Assembly (NCBI GenBank): GCA_032718475.1
Contig: JAUCBJ010001950.1
Coordinates: 1 to 51,755, forward strand
Origin: Nemertoderma westbladi
Lineage: Eukaryota > Animalia > Xenacoelomorpha
Direction of reading: 5' to 3'
Length of the DNA stretch: 51,755 nt
In this document: positions 22,911 through 33,165 of the stretch, in pieces
How positions within the stretch are numbered: the first letter of the stretch is position 1
Layout of the letters: the number at the start of each line of letters is the position of its first letter
The notes under the pieces: model-generated
The model's database searches: none
Seen by the model: the letters and a program-made list of their open reading frames with translations, nothing else
What the model was told of the DNA's origin: nothing
Made by a program: the position numbers and the translations under genes

Positions 22911-24623
22911 TTAGTTTATATCCACAGCATCTAGCTTTATCTTTTTCTGTTCTATTGGAGGATAGTGAGCTAATTTTCGTTTTAAAATTTCCATCGAATA
23001 TCTTTTAGAGACGTTGGGGGAATCATTAGGGTGAAATAGATTGAGGTGGATCTGCTTGGGGAGGAAAACTACATCTTTTAGTGTGCGTTTGAGAAAGTTG
23101 ATGCAACACTCAACAGCATAGTTTGAAGGTAGGGTTAATTTGTTTGTTGTCTTCAGGCTGACAATAATTGTTTCTGATGGTGTATGTTGAATGTGTATAA
23201 GGGGAGTGAGATAGTAATGGGAGGAAGTGGATTGTTGAATGAGATGAAAGTTGGAGAAATCACTCGCTTTTATATTTAAACCATCGGTAAACTGAAACGT
23301 AGTTGATTTCAAATCTTTTTTGATGACAGGCCATATGGCAACATAAGCTTCACCTTTGAATGAATAAATGAAAGCCGCTACTGATTCGTATAAATTAAGA
23401 CACTGGTGATTAGGTAGTTGTAGTTGCTTTGGTTCATAATCACTATTGTTAGCCAATGACTTTAGTTCAGAGAGTGCTTCTCGGGCGCGATCTGTATTGT
23501 CAATAGAGAACATGTAGTCATAGCGTCTGTCAGAAATTTCGAGGGTTTCGCAGCTGTAAGAGGTATAAATTTTTATTCGATCAGAAATTAATTCTTCGTG
23601 GTTGACTTCATCGTAGCATTCGTATCCTTCGACCGCAGAATCGAACCATGAAATTTTAAGAAGTTCATTTCTCGTGAGTAAAAGTGCATCTCTTGTGGAA
23701 ACAATAACTTTGTTTGAATCAACCTCAACTCCGCTCGCGATTGCAATGTTTCTTTTATTATTAATATTTGTGATATAACCAAAAGTAGAACTATCGAAAG
23801 AAACATAGTTCTCTGGCTCTAAGACAATGTGCGAGATTGGATTGATGTAAGGACGACAAATGTTTATATAATGTTGTAGTAAAGCAGCCGCAGTGTCTGA
23901 GATGGTTAACCAACCCCCATCTACTGTATCTTCTAGTTGTATTAAATCAATAGGTTTCAGTGGGGATGTTTTCGAATAACGAACAACTTTAAAATTAAAA
24001 CCAAAATAATGTGCTTTGCTGTTGTTGTAGAAACAGGTTATTTCATTCAATTGTTCAATAAAAGTTAGTACGTCATATCCAAACAGTTTGAAGAAACGAG
24101 ATTCATCTTTGAGGGGGTGAATCGAGGTGTTCCAAATAATTAAAAGAATTGAGTTTGAAATATTATGAAAATCAAACAGACACTCATCAACAAAAAAGGA
24201 AGCTTTGAGTGTTGACATACCAAGGAGCTTGTTTGCAGATTCTTGTGTTACATTGCTGTGGATATATTCAACAACCGGTTGAGGTATTACAAATGTTTCT
24301 AACGAGGTTGTCAGATTGAACGTTATATTCGATTCTGATTTGTGCAGTTTGAAACCATGGTTTGCGGAATGAAATTTATCATTATTTAGAGTTTGATATT
24401 GACCATCCTTCAACTCAAAGCAGGATCGTAGAATGAAATGTGCATAATTTGCTGGAATGAGTTGGGGTTGGTTAGATGAAGTGGTAACCGTCATTGGAAA
24501 GCGTTTGTTCGAAGGATCAAAATATAAACCGAAAGAGTTGTCTGAGAGAGATATTTGATTTTCGTTGGAAACAATTTTTACTTGAGGGAAGTTGAACTTT
24601 TGAAGGAGTTGAGCTTGAGCCAT
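22911..24623 (-). CDS. 570-aa hypothetical protein; possible PC4-like ssDNA-binding module(s) and C-terminal NLS
   Basis: Long intact ORF; AFIYSFKGEAYVAIW...GLNIK resembles PC4 (VRDFKGKVLIDIR..GISL); KRK..KKIK tail. Confidence 0.7.
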   Translation of the reverse strand: MAQAQLLQKFNFPQVKIVSNENQISLSDNSFGLYFDPSNKRFPMTVTTSSNQPQLIPANYAHFILRSCFELKDGQYQTLNNDKFHSANHGFKLHKSESNITFNLTTSLETFVIPQPVVEYIHSNVTQESANKLLGMSTLKASFFVDECLFDFHNISNSILLIIWNTSIHPLKDESRFFKLFGYDVLTFIEQLNEITCFYNNSKAHYFGFNFKVVRYSKTSPLKPIDLIQLEDTVDGGWLTISDTAAALLQHYINICRPYINPISHIVLEPENYVSFDSSTFGYITNINNKRNIAIASGVEVDSNKVIVSTRDALLLTRNELLKISWFDSAVEGYECYDEVNHEELISDRIKIYTSYSCETLEISDRRYDYMFSIDNTDRAREALSELKSLANNSDYEPKQLQLPNHQCLNLYESVAAFIYSFKGEAYVAIWPVIKKDLKSTTFQFTDGLNIKASDFSNFHLIQQSTSSHYYLTPLIHIQHTPSETIIVSLKTTNKLTLPSNYAVECCINFLKRTLKDVVFLPKQIHLNLFHPNDSPNVSKRYSMEILKRKLAHYPPIEQKKIKLDAVDIN

Positions 24624-24646
24624 CGTGAAGAAAATATAATATTATG

Positions 24647-25400
24647 TATAACAATAAATGTATTATAACTTTAAATAAAAAGTAAAATGGTCAATAATAT
24701 TTTTGTAAGTAAAGTTCAAAGCGTTGGATGGGGGTTTATAAGGGAAAGGGTAACCAATGAAATAAAAGTGAAGCTTGTGGGAACCAATAGAAATAAAAAG
24801 AGAGAGAGAGAGATGCGCTATTGGATTGAGGGAATAATAAACACATTTCATTGGGTTCATTAAATGTAAAACATTAGTTAGGATGGGAAATGGGATGAAT
24901 TGAGAAGCGGGGAGAGCGTTGGAGAAAAGTGTATGTAATGAATGGACTGGGTATGTTAATTAATGTTACGCTAGAGTATCCGAACAAATATTTTAGGCCT
25001 GGTATGCGTGAGGGGTTATGCATTTTTTCAAACAATAAAACTGCAGTATCTACTGTAGAGAAGGTTGGGGTTAATTTGACACATGGCGTTTGGGTATTGG
25101 CTTTGTCGTTGAGCTAATATGCGCGTGGACTGCTTCGCAACACAATGCGAAAGAATGCAATCTATTGCAAGAGCAGATGTTTATTATAATTTCTCTGGCG
25201 AATTGACAATGGTTTGCATGATAGCGAAGCTGTAGGTTTGAATAATTTAAACTCTGTGGCAGGCCCCATCCACGCGTTGACGTACAGTATAGGATTCGAT
25301 GTTTGGGTTAGTCATGCTACGGCTAATAAGAGCCCATTTTATTTTCTTGAAAGGGTAATTTATGTTTTGGGCCCCGATCGTGTCTTTATATTTCATTCTA
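24647..25400 (-). repeat. Inner, more diverged inverted copy of left-end 10194-10965 (includes the promoter)
   Basis: Reverse-complement match to the left end; its 25060-25400 part is also a direct repeat of 25958-26332. Confidence 0.92.
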
Positions 25401-25618
25401 GAGTATAACTCAACGTGGGATTCCGTGGGATGCTTAATCCTTCACGCATGCCATACCAAAAACTATGGTTCTGTTTGAAATGTTAAGGTGGACCTTTCTA
25501 TATAAATAAAACCATGTAAAGTTAGATCATTATCTCTAAAAAATATTAAGTGAGGTTTTTCAAAGTTTTTTTTAAAAAAGTAAATCTTAATAAATTTTGT
25601 CTTTTGTCTTTTGTTACT

Positions 25619-25867
25619 ATGGAATATTTTATATGTCCGTATGATGCCAAACACCGAATTCATTCAGAAAAATATGTCAAGCATTTAAGAAAATGTCGTA
25701 AGAACTTTTCCAATCAAAAAATGGTTCAGTGTCCTTTTGAAGCCGCACACAGCTTTAGAGAAGCTGAAAAGGACCACCATCTACGGTTTTGCGAATATAG
25801 GAACAGGAACTCAATTTTTCAGATATTAAAAGAAGAGAAAAAAGAAGAGAAAAAAGAAAAAAAGTAG
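25619..25867 (+). CDS. GTSF1: GTSF1/Asterix-like tandem CHHC (U11-48K-type) zinc-finger protein, 82 aa
   Basis: CPYDAKHRIHSEKYVKHLRKCRKN and CPFEAAHSFREAEKDHHLRFC match the CPx4H-x9-H-x3-C pair of GTSF1 (CPYDKNH..HLIKCRKN; CPFNARH..HISSC); TATATAAA at 25499. Confidence 0.85.
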   Translation: MEYFICPYDAKHRIHSEKYVKHLRKCRKNFSNQKMVQCPFEAAHSFREAEKDHHLRFCEYRNRNSIFQILKEEKKEEKKEKK

Positions 25868-25957
25868 AGAAGAAAGGAGAATGTTCGATGGCGTGGGGAG
25901 AAGAGGTGTGGGATTGATGTTGGTATGCGCGAGAAAAACTACAGTAACTAGTATAGG

Positions 25958-26635
25958 GAAGGTTGGGGTTAATTTGACACATGGTGTTTGGGTGATGGCT
26001 TTGTCGTTGAGCTAATATGCGCGTGGACTGCTTCATAAAGTATGATGCGAAAGAATGCAATCTATTGCAAGAGCAGATGTTTATTATAATTTCTCGGACG
26101 AATTGATGTAATAGCGAAGCTGTAGGTTTGAATAATTTAAACTCTGTGGCGGGGCCCATCCACGCGTTGACGTACAGTATAGGATTCAAAGGGATTAATC
26201 TTGCTACGTCTAATAAGAGCCCAACGACCGCAGATTGTTGAGGGATGACTCAGGGCCAAACTGGTCCACTTTATTCTCTTGAAAGGGTAATTTATGTTTT
26301 GGGTCCCGTTCGTGTCTTTATATTTAATTCTACCTTTACCTACTGTATGGCAAAAATAATACAAATGTATTGTATATTGTATTGCACAATGCCTATTGTG
26401 TTGTATATTTTGTTTGCTGTAGTACAATTTATTCATCTCGCGTCCCTATCTGATTGATTTGTGTCAAATTAAATTGCCTTTGGCAACATTATTTGATACA
26501 AATCGATTGATTAAACAATTAATTAATTGTTTAATCGACCAATTAATTAATTGTTTAATTAATTAATGACCTACTTAACACCCAAGGTGTGAAGTAGGAC
26601 TAAACTGTCGCCGTAATGGGCATACTCTTACTACT
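25958..26635 (-). repeat. Right terminal inverted repeat
   Basis: Reverse complement of 9891-10569; ends CTTACTACT followed by the TSD. Confidence 0.95.
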
Positions 26636-26641
26636 AATAGC

Positions 26642-26704
26642 CTTATGTTGAATTTGAACCTGCGCCAGCTACCAATAGTGAGTGCGCCTTAACCAATTGG
26701 GCCG
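26642..26704 (-). mobile_element. tRNA-derived SINE-like head (A/B boxes) abutting the Polinton insertion site
   Basis: Minus strand reads GGCCCAATTGGTTAAGGC ... GGTTCAAAT. Confidence 0.4.
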
Positions 26705-27474
26705 TATTTATTGCCGTTATAATTATTTATTGCCGCTATAACAATTGAACACTTTCGTGGGGCGTCGCGCAGAACACGAACTTGAGCAAGTTCGAAAGAA
26801 GTTCGATTTGATCTGGAGTCAAAAGTTCGAGAGGTAATTATTTGCCCGTAACTTTCTCTAGTACAAAATACAAAATTTGGTTGAAAATGGTTAAAATCTT
26901 CAAAAGTTATTTACGAATTGATTTTTCATTACAGACGGATAGACAGACGGACGTGAAATTTTGCCCCTATATAGTATATATTATTTATAATTGTGCGCTA
27001 AGGCTCGCTCGCCCTGACAGCGTGGCTCGCCCCACATCTTTTAAATATTTACTATTATAATATTTATAAATACTGCAGTAATTGTTAAATGATTTTGAGA
27101 CGCCATATACATTCTACAATAATGATACGTCATGTAGAGAGGACTAGAGTGACTGAGACAGCCATTAGCATTTACAGGGCATTGTTCCTCAGAAGTTGTG
27201 ATTGTTTTGGTAGTGGGATGGTCGGATAATTAGAAACCTTTCACAAGTTTTTTTCTATGCAAATTAATTTTACTACACTTTTTTCCATTAAATTATTAGA
27301 TCCGACCAATAAATGATACTATTTCCACTGCCCGTGTTCGCTCGACCTAGTAGTAGTAGTATGGTCAGGGCGAGTCAAAACTGCGAGCCATCAGCGAACT
27401 GTTATAATTATACTATAATAAATGGGTAAACACTAAAGTCTTACACCCCTTAAACTAACAAAAAACATAGGATC

Positions 27475-27874
27475 AGGACATTAAGCCCTAAGTAGTACTC
27501 AGCCCTAAGGCCATCAAAAAACGACACAAAATAATACAAACAAAAACGACATAAACAAATATATTGAAACATGCTCAAAATACAGGTATGTATCGCACCC
27601 TAACCCTAACCTAACCGCCATACACTAAATGATACCGATCATTGCCTGAGTTCTACCACTTTCTGCCTTTACGGCGACAAAATGTCATATATTTTTCTAT
27701 AGGCTTAGCTATTGTGCAGTATACTACCGGTATCATTCAGTGTATGGCGGTTAGGCTTTAGAGGGTTAGGGTGCGATACATACCTGTATGTTGAGCATGT
27801 TTCATTCAATATATTTGTTTATGTCGTTTTTGTTTGTATTATTTTGTGTCGTACTACTTAGGGCTTAATGTCCT
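27475..27874. mobile_element. MITE/foldback element with ~150-bp inverted arms and CCCTAA-like subterminal motifs
   Basis: AGGACATTAAGCCCTAAGTAGTAC...ATGATACCG at 27475-27637 is the inverse of 27729-27874. Confidence 0.85.
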
Positions 27875-29852
27875 AAGCATTGAATACTTGAATAGGAAGG
27901 TAATAATAGACTATACCAAATATAGATAAATGTTAAGTCGGATTATAAAATGTACCGCGAGAGGGGTGGGGGGGGGGGGGGGGGGGGGGGGTTAAAATCA
28001 ACAAAAAAATATCACAGCTGAAAAATACAGTTTTGCTCTGATATAATTTTGTATACAAAATGCATAACATCTAAAAAAACTAACCTACTGTAAACTAAAA
28101 ATAAGGTAAGAAGCCACTTTTCTTCATTTTAATAAATACTCGGGAAAAATAGGAATTAAAGGCAAGTAAATAAAGTGAAGTAAAGTACAATTATCGATAC
28201 ACAGTAAATGTAACAACCCAAGTAATTTGTCTTCAATAAATAAAATATAACCAAATCAAATCTGGAAGTGTTCCTATATTTTTATCGGTATACCATCCGA
28301 TAGACAGAGCTATAAAACAGTCTCCTGTCCTTAAAACTAATGATTTATTGTTTTCCTAAAATACTATAGTTAGCGAAAAAATAAGGGAAAAGATTAGGAA
28401 AATGAAAGAAGAAGAAATACTGAAATGGTATTTTATATTTTGTAAAATGCTGCTGCCCTGATACCGAAATCTTTCCAAGAGAATGTACAACGACTACACA
28501 CTGTTAGCATAAAAAATCAAAATCACGATTATAAATAATTACAACATAGGGTTCGATGCTTGTAAAAATTCACAATTAAATTCACTGTAAAATAAAAAAC
28601 AGGCAAATTTGATAAAATATTAACAGCCGTAAAGTACAATAAAAGGCTATTGAAAATATTCTGTATAAATGCATTTATTTAATATAGAACATGAATATCG
28701 AGTTTGTGAATAATTGGAGTGATTGAAAATGAATTGTGAAATTCACCACTGTGTGGGTGTAACTGTAACAAACGATTATTTGTGCCAATGTGATATAAAA
28801 CAACGAGCTTGTGCAATAAATATTAATTAAACTAATTATATCGTCCAAAGACAGTTAGCTACTTGAACCACGAAAACTGTATTGTAATTCAATAATACAA
28901 CTCTGTAATAACAGGTTTTAAGTTAAGTTAAGTGATCAATGATTAATTGCCAATAACTAGAGTTTCTGAGAATATAATTTTTTTTAATACATTCTAATTT
29001 TGATATTCGAATATTTATACAAATCATCTTATAATATATGATAATTAGTAATTAATATATTATTGTTATGAAAATTATGACAATTTTAGAATGATGAAAT
29101 ACGGTAATTACTTTTTTTTGCATTAAATCGTTAATTTTAGCAGCGGTTTGTTAGAATATTCGAATATTTTGAGCTAACTTACTATTCTCAGATAAATTAA
29201 CAAATAATCAACATGACTTTCTTCTACATTATTGTTGCTAAACCCTAATTTTGCTTTCGTTAAAAATTTATAAAAAAATGTAAAAAAATAACAATGTAAG
29301 TTTGTACAATTAATTTCCAATTGCCGTAGCCTATTTATAAGGAATCAACGCAGTTAATACTTAGTAGTTTAGATACCAACCAAAGCAAGATATGTAAGTA
29401 TTTTATTGTTAAAAAAACTCGAGATTTATCTAAATATAAAAACAGTAAATAACTAGAAATACAAAAAATATTTGCTATAGAGTAACATCTAGAATCTAGA
29501 TAAACCAAAAAACATACAAATACGAAATATACAAAGTATAACGGTGCCGGAATGTAGTTTAGTTAGTGTCAATAACGGTACCGGAATGTAGTTTAGTTAG
29601 TGTCAATAACGTTAATGGAATGTCAGAAGGAGGAATGTTTTAAGGATAAATTATTCCAAAAAATAATAGGATAACTTTTAAAGAAATTTCAAACCGGAAG
29701 TCACTAAGTATTCAGTTATTATAGTTTCATATTAGAATTCACAATTATTATGAAACTTTTATTGTAAAACTTAATAGAGAGAGGAAAACAGTCCGTTCGC
29801 ACTAATAGCAAAAATTGTTTACATATAACTCAGTCAGTTCCAGCAATTTATA

Positions 29853-31508
29853 AGTACTAGTACTTATAAATCAGTGAGTTCCAACCCGCGATCAGTACTA
29901 GTCTAGTACCTATAACTCAGTGAGTTCCACCCCGCGATCAGTACTAGTACTTATAAATCAGTGAGTTCCAACCCGCGATCAGTACTAGTACCTATAACTC
30001 CGTGAGTTCCACCCCGCGATCAGTACTAGTACTTATAAATCAGTGAGTTCCAACCCGCGATCAGTACTAGTACCTATAACTCAGTGAGTCCCAGCCACAG
30101 ATCAGTACTAGTACCTATAACTCCGTGAGTTCCACCCCGCGATCAGTACTAGTACCTATAACTCAGTAAGTTCCAACCCGCGATCAGTACTAGTACCTAT
30201 AAATCAGTGAGTTCCAACCCGCGATCAGTACTAGTACCTATAACTCCGTGAGTTCCACCCCGCGATCAGTACTAGTACTTATAAATCAGTGAGTTCCAAC
30301 CCGCGATCAGTACTAGTACTTATAAATCAGTGAGTTCCAACCCGCGATCAGTACTAGTACCTATAACTCAGTGAGTTCCAACCCGCGATCAGTACTAGTA
30401 CCTATAACTCAGTGAGTCCCAGCCACAGATCAGTACTAGTACCTATAACTCCGTGAGTTCCAACCCGCGATCAGCACTAGTACCTATAACTCCATGAGTT
30501 CCAGCCCGCGATCAGTACTAGTACCTATAACTCCGTGAGTTCCAGCCCGCGATCAGTACTAGTACCTATAACTCCGTGAGTTCCAGCCCGCGATCAGTAC
30601 TAGTACCTATAACTCCGTGAGTTCCAGCCCGCGATCAGTACTAGTACCTATAACTCCGTGAGTTCCAGCCCGCGATCAGTACTAGTACCTATAACTCCGT
30701 GAGTTCCAGCCCGCGATCAGTACTAGTACCTATAACTCCGTGAGTTCCAACCCGCGATCAGTACTAGTACCTATAACTCAGTGAGTTCCAACCAGCGATC
30801 AGTACTAGTACCTATAACTCCGTGAGTTCCAACCCGCGATCAGTACTAGTACCTATAACTCAGTGAGTTCCAACCCGCGATCAGTACTAGTACCTATAAC
30901 TCAGTGAGTCCCAGCCACAGATCAGTACTAGTACCTATAACTCCGTGAGTTCCAACCCGCGATCAGCACTAGTACCTATAACTCCGTGAGTTCCAGCCCG
31001 CGATCAGTACTAGTACCTATAACTCCGTGAGTTCCAGCCCGCGATCAGTACTAGTACCTATAACTCCGTGAGTTCCAGCCCGCGATCAGTACTAGTACCT
31101 ATAACTCCGTGAGTTCCAGCCCGCGATCAGTACTAGTACCTATAACTCCGTGAGTTCCAGCCCGCGATCAGTACTAGTACCTATAACTCCGTGAGTTCCA
31201 GCCCGCGATCAGTACTAGTACCTATAACTCCGTGAGTTCCAACCCGCGATCAGTACTAGTACCTATAACTCAGTGAGTTCCAACCCGCGATCACTACTAG
31301 TGCCTATAACTCAGTGAGTTCCAACCCGCGATCAGTACTAGTACCTATAACTCCGTGAGTTCCAGCCCGCGATCAGTACTAGTACCTATAACTCCGTGAG
31401 TTCCAACCCGCGATCAGTACTAGTACCTATAACTCAGTGAGTTCCAACCCGCGATCACTACTAGTACCTATAACTCAGTGAGTTCCAGCCCGCGATCAGT
31501 ACTAGTAC
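29853..31508. repeat. 41-bp tandem array, ~40 copies, derived from the final codons and stop of the LIM gene
   Basis: Unit TATAACTC(A/C)GTGAGTTCCA(A/G)CCCGCGATCAGTACTAGTACC; the rightmost unit encodes TSTDRGLELTEL* on minus. Confidence 0.97.
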
Positions 31509-33165
31509 ACCGGGGACAATGAAGTTTAGACCCCCTTAGACGCACGTTAAACCCGGCGTTAACACCACGCAGTTGCGGCGGCTTCATAGCTATGCCGCAA
31601 ACCCGACAACAGAAACATCCGATATGGTAGGCTAGACCCAACTGGGAGATAACCATAGCGGAACCGGAACCGAGAGAATGCCGGCAGGATGAACAGAGAA
31701 CGTCTCCGTCAACGGTGGCTGGGGGGGACGAGGTGGGGGGAATGGAGGTGGTAGCGGAGGGGGCAACCGAGGGGGGAGCGGAGGGGGGAGCGGAGGGGGC
31801 AACCGAGGGGGGAGCGGATCCCAGCAGGTGCGACGAAGGGGGGCGGTGCGGGACTCGGGGGGGCATCTCCTCGTCTATCCTGTCCCCCCCGCGGTGCCCC
31901 CTTCCCCCCATTAATCTCTCGTCGTCCGGTTGGATGCTGCGGGGCCGCGGCACCTTCGGGCGACTCAGCATCCGCCCACCGCCATCTACCGGTCGTCTCA
32001 GTGAACTGCTTCTGTCCTCGGGGGAATACCTCGGGTCGCCGTTGGGGGGCGCGTCGAGTTTGTTGTTCATTCGGGATTTCAGTGTCGATATGATGTAATC
32101 GGGGAGGGGGCGTGGGGCGGGGGGCTGGAACACAGAGGGGCGTGGCGGGTCCGGTCGACGGGATTTCACACCTTTCGGCGGCAGCGGTGGAGGCTTCTCA
32201 ACGCCATCTAGCGGCGGTTTAACTTCGTCCAGGTTCTCGTAGAGGCCGTCGTCCGGGTAACTATGACTACCGTATCCGTTGGTAACCTGGTTGCTAGGGA
32301 CGCCGTTGCTACGGACCGGTGGGGGGGCGCCTGCGCGACCGGGACGCGGCGCGACTGGAGGCGGGACTCTCCGGTGGGGGACGCCGTTGGCCGCTAGGGG
32401 GCGCTCGTGCGGTCCGTCGAAGAAAACCTCGTCATCGACGACGGAGGGGGCAGGTTTTCGTCGGGGAGCCGAGGAGTAGGGGGGAGGGGGGCCGCCCCGA
32501 CCGTCCCACAACGGGCGACGGGGGATAGCGGGCTGGGTTCGCGTCGCTCCCGCTACGGGGCGACCTTGGGTTCGGGGTTCCACCGCCAGGGGGCGACCTT
32601 GGGTTCGGGGTTCCACCGCCAGGGGGCGACCTTGGGTTCGGGGTTCCACCGCCAGGGGGCGACCTTGGGTTCGGGGTTCCACCGCCAGGGGGCGAACTTC
32701 CGTTCGGGGTTCCACCGCTAGGGGGCGCCCAACATCCGGCGGCGACGCCGGACGAACCAACTCCTTCCGGAGTATCTCCGGTTTGAGAGCGCCCCTTGGC
32801 GACTCATCCATGAACCGAATACCGTGGGTTTCCTCGATCGAGGGCCTTGGGAGTGACGCTCCCCTCATCCGCTCCCCAGCCCACTCCCTCTCCACTCCCA
32901 TCAGCTGCTCCTGCTGCCGTTTAACCTGCTCTTCAACCTCTATATCTATATCACGGTCGGTTTTGGGGTGAACGTAACGGGAGACGGTGGGTTGGGTACG
33001 GTAACTCAAACCCGTTGGTTGGTAGTTCGGATCCACCGAAGGGTTAACCCGCACTTCCTTTGTTCTCGAGGAATCACTGTTTGAACTATTTCTTCGGCTC
33101 CCATTTCGATTCTCCACCGCCACTGTTCCGTGAGTTTTCGCTAAATCATCAAATTTTTGTTTCAC
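31468..33165 (-). CDS. LMO7: LMO7/LIMCH1/Smallish-like protein, terminal exon (Pro-rich region, C-terminal LIM domain, -TEL PDZ-binding-type end)
   Basis: CSSCRHSLGSGSAMVISQLGLAYHIGCFCCRVCG...VRLRGSKLHCPRC matches the LMO7-type LIM; acceptor TTCTAG at 33166, phase 0. Confidence 0.82.
   Translation of the reverse strand: MKQKFDDLAKTHGTVAVENRNGSRRNSSNSDSSRTKEVRVNPSVDPNYQPTGLSYRTQPTVSRYVHPKTDRDIDIEVEEQVKRQQEQLMGVEREWAGERMRGASLPRPSIEETHGIRFMDESPRGALKPEILRKELVRPASPPDVGRPLAVEPRTEVRPLAVEPRTQGRPLAVEPRTQGRPLAVEPRTQGRPLAVEPRTQGRPVAGATRTQPAIPRRPLWDGRGGPPPPYSSAPRRKPAPSVVDDEVFFDGPHERPLAANGVPHRRVPPPVAPRPGRAGAPPPVRSNGVPSNQVTNGYGSHSYPDDGLYENLDEVKPPLDGVEKPPPLPPKGVKSRRPDPPRPSVFQPPAPRPLPDYIISTLKSRMNNKLDAPPNGDPRYSPEDRSSSLRRPVDGGGRMLSRPKVPRPRSIQPDDERLMGGRGHRGGDRIDEEMPPRVPHRPPSSHLLGSAPPSVAPSAPPSAPPSVAPSATTSIPPTSSPPATVDGDVLCSSCRHSLGSGSAMVISQLGLAYHIGCFCCRVCGIAMKPPQLRGVNAGFNVRLRGSKLHCPRCTSTDRGLELTEL
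32536..32727 (-). repeat. Coding 33-bp repeat (GRPLAVEPRTQ x ~5-6)
   Basis: Visible in both the DNA and the translation. Confidence 0.9.

Larger units (their letters stand above)
9891..26635 (+). mobile_element. Full-length Polinton/Maverick (adintovirus-like) provirus, 16,745 bp, 6-bp TSD AATAGC
   Basis: Begins AGTAGTAAGAG and ends CTCTTACTACT; AATAGC at 9885-9890 and 26636-26641; encodes pPolB, ATPase, rve integrase, pentons, MCP and cysteine protease. Confidence 0.97.

Noticed and set aside
27595-27620. Telomere
   Set aside because: Only two or three CCCTAA-like units, inside MITE arms.
27962-27991. Poly-G run as a functional G-quadruplex
   Set aside because: Simple homopolymer of uncertain assembled length with no supporting context.
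29853-31508. CRISPR array
   Set aside because: Pure tandem 41-bp units without spacers, derived from a gene end.
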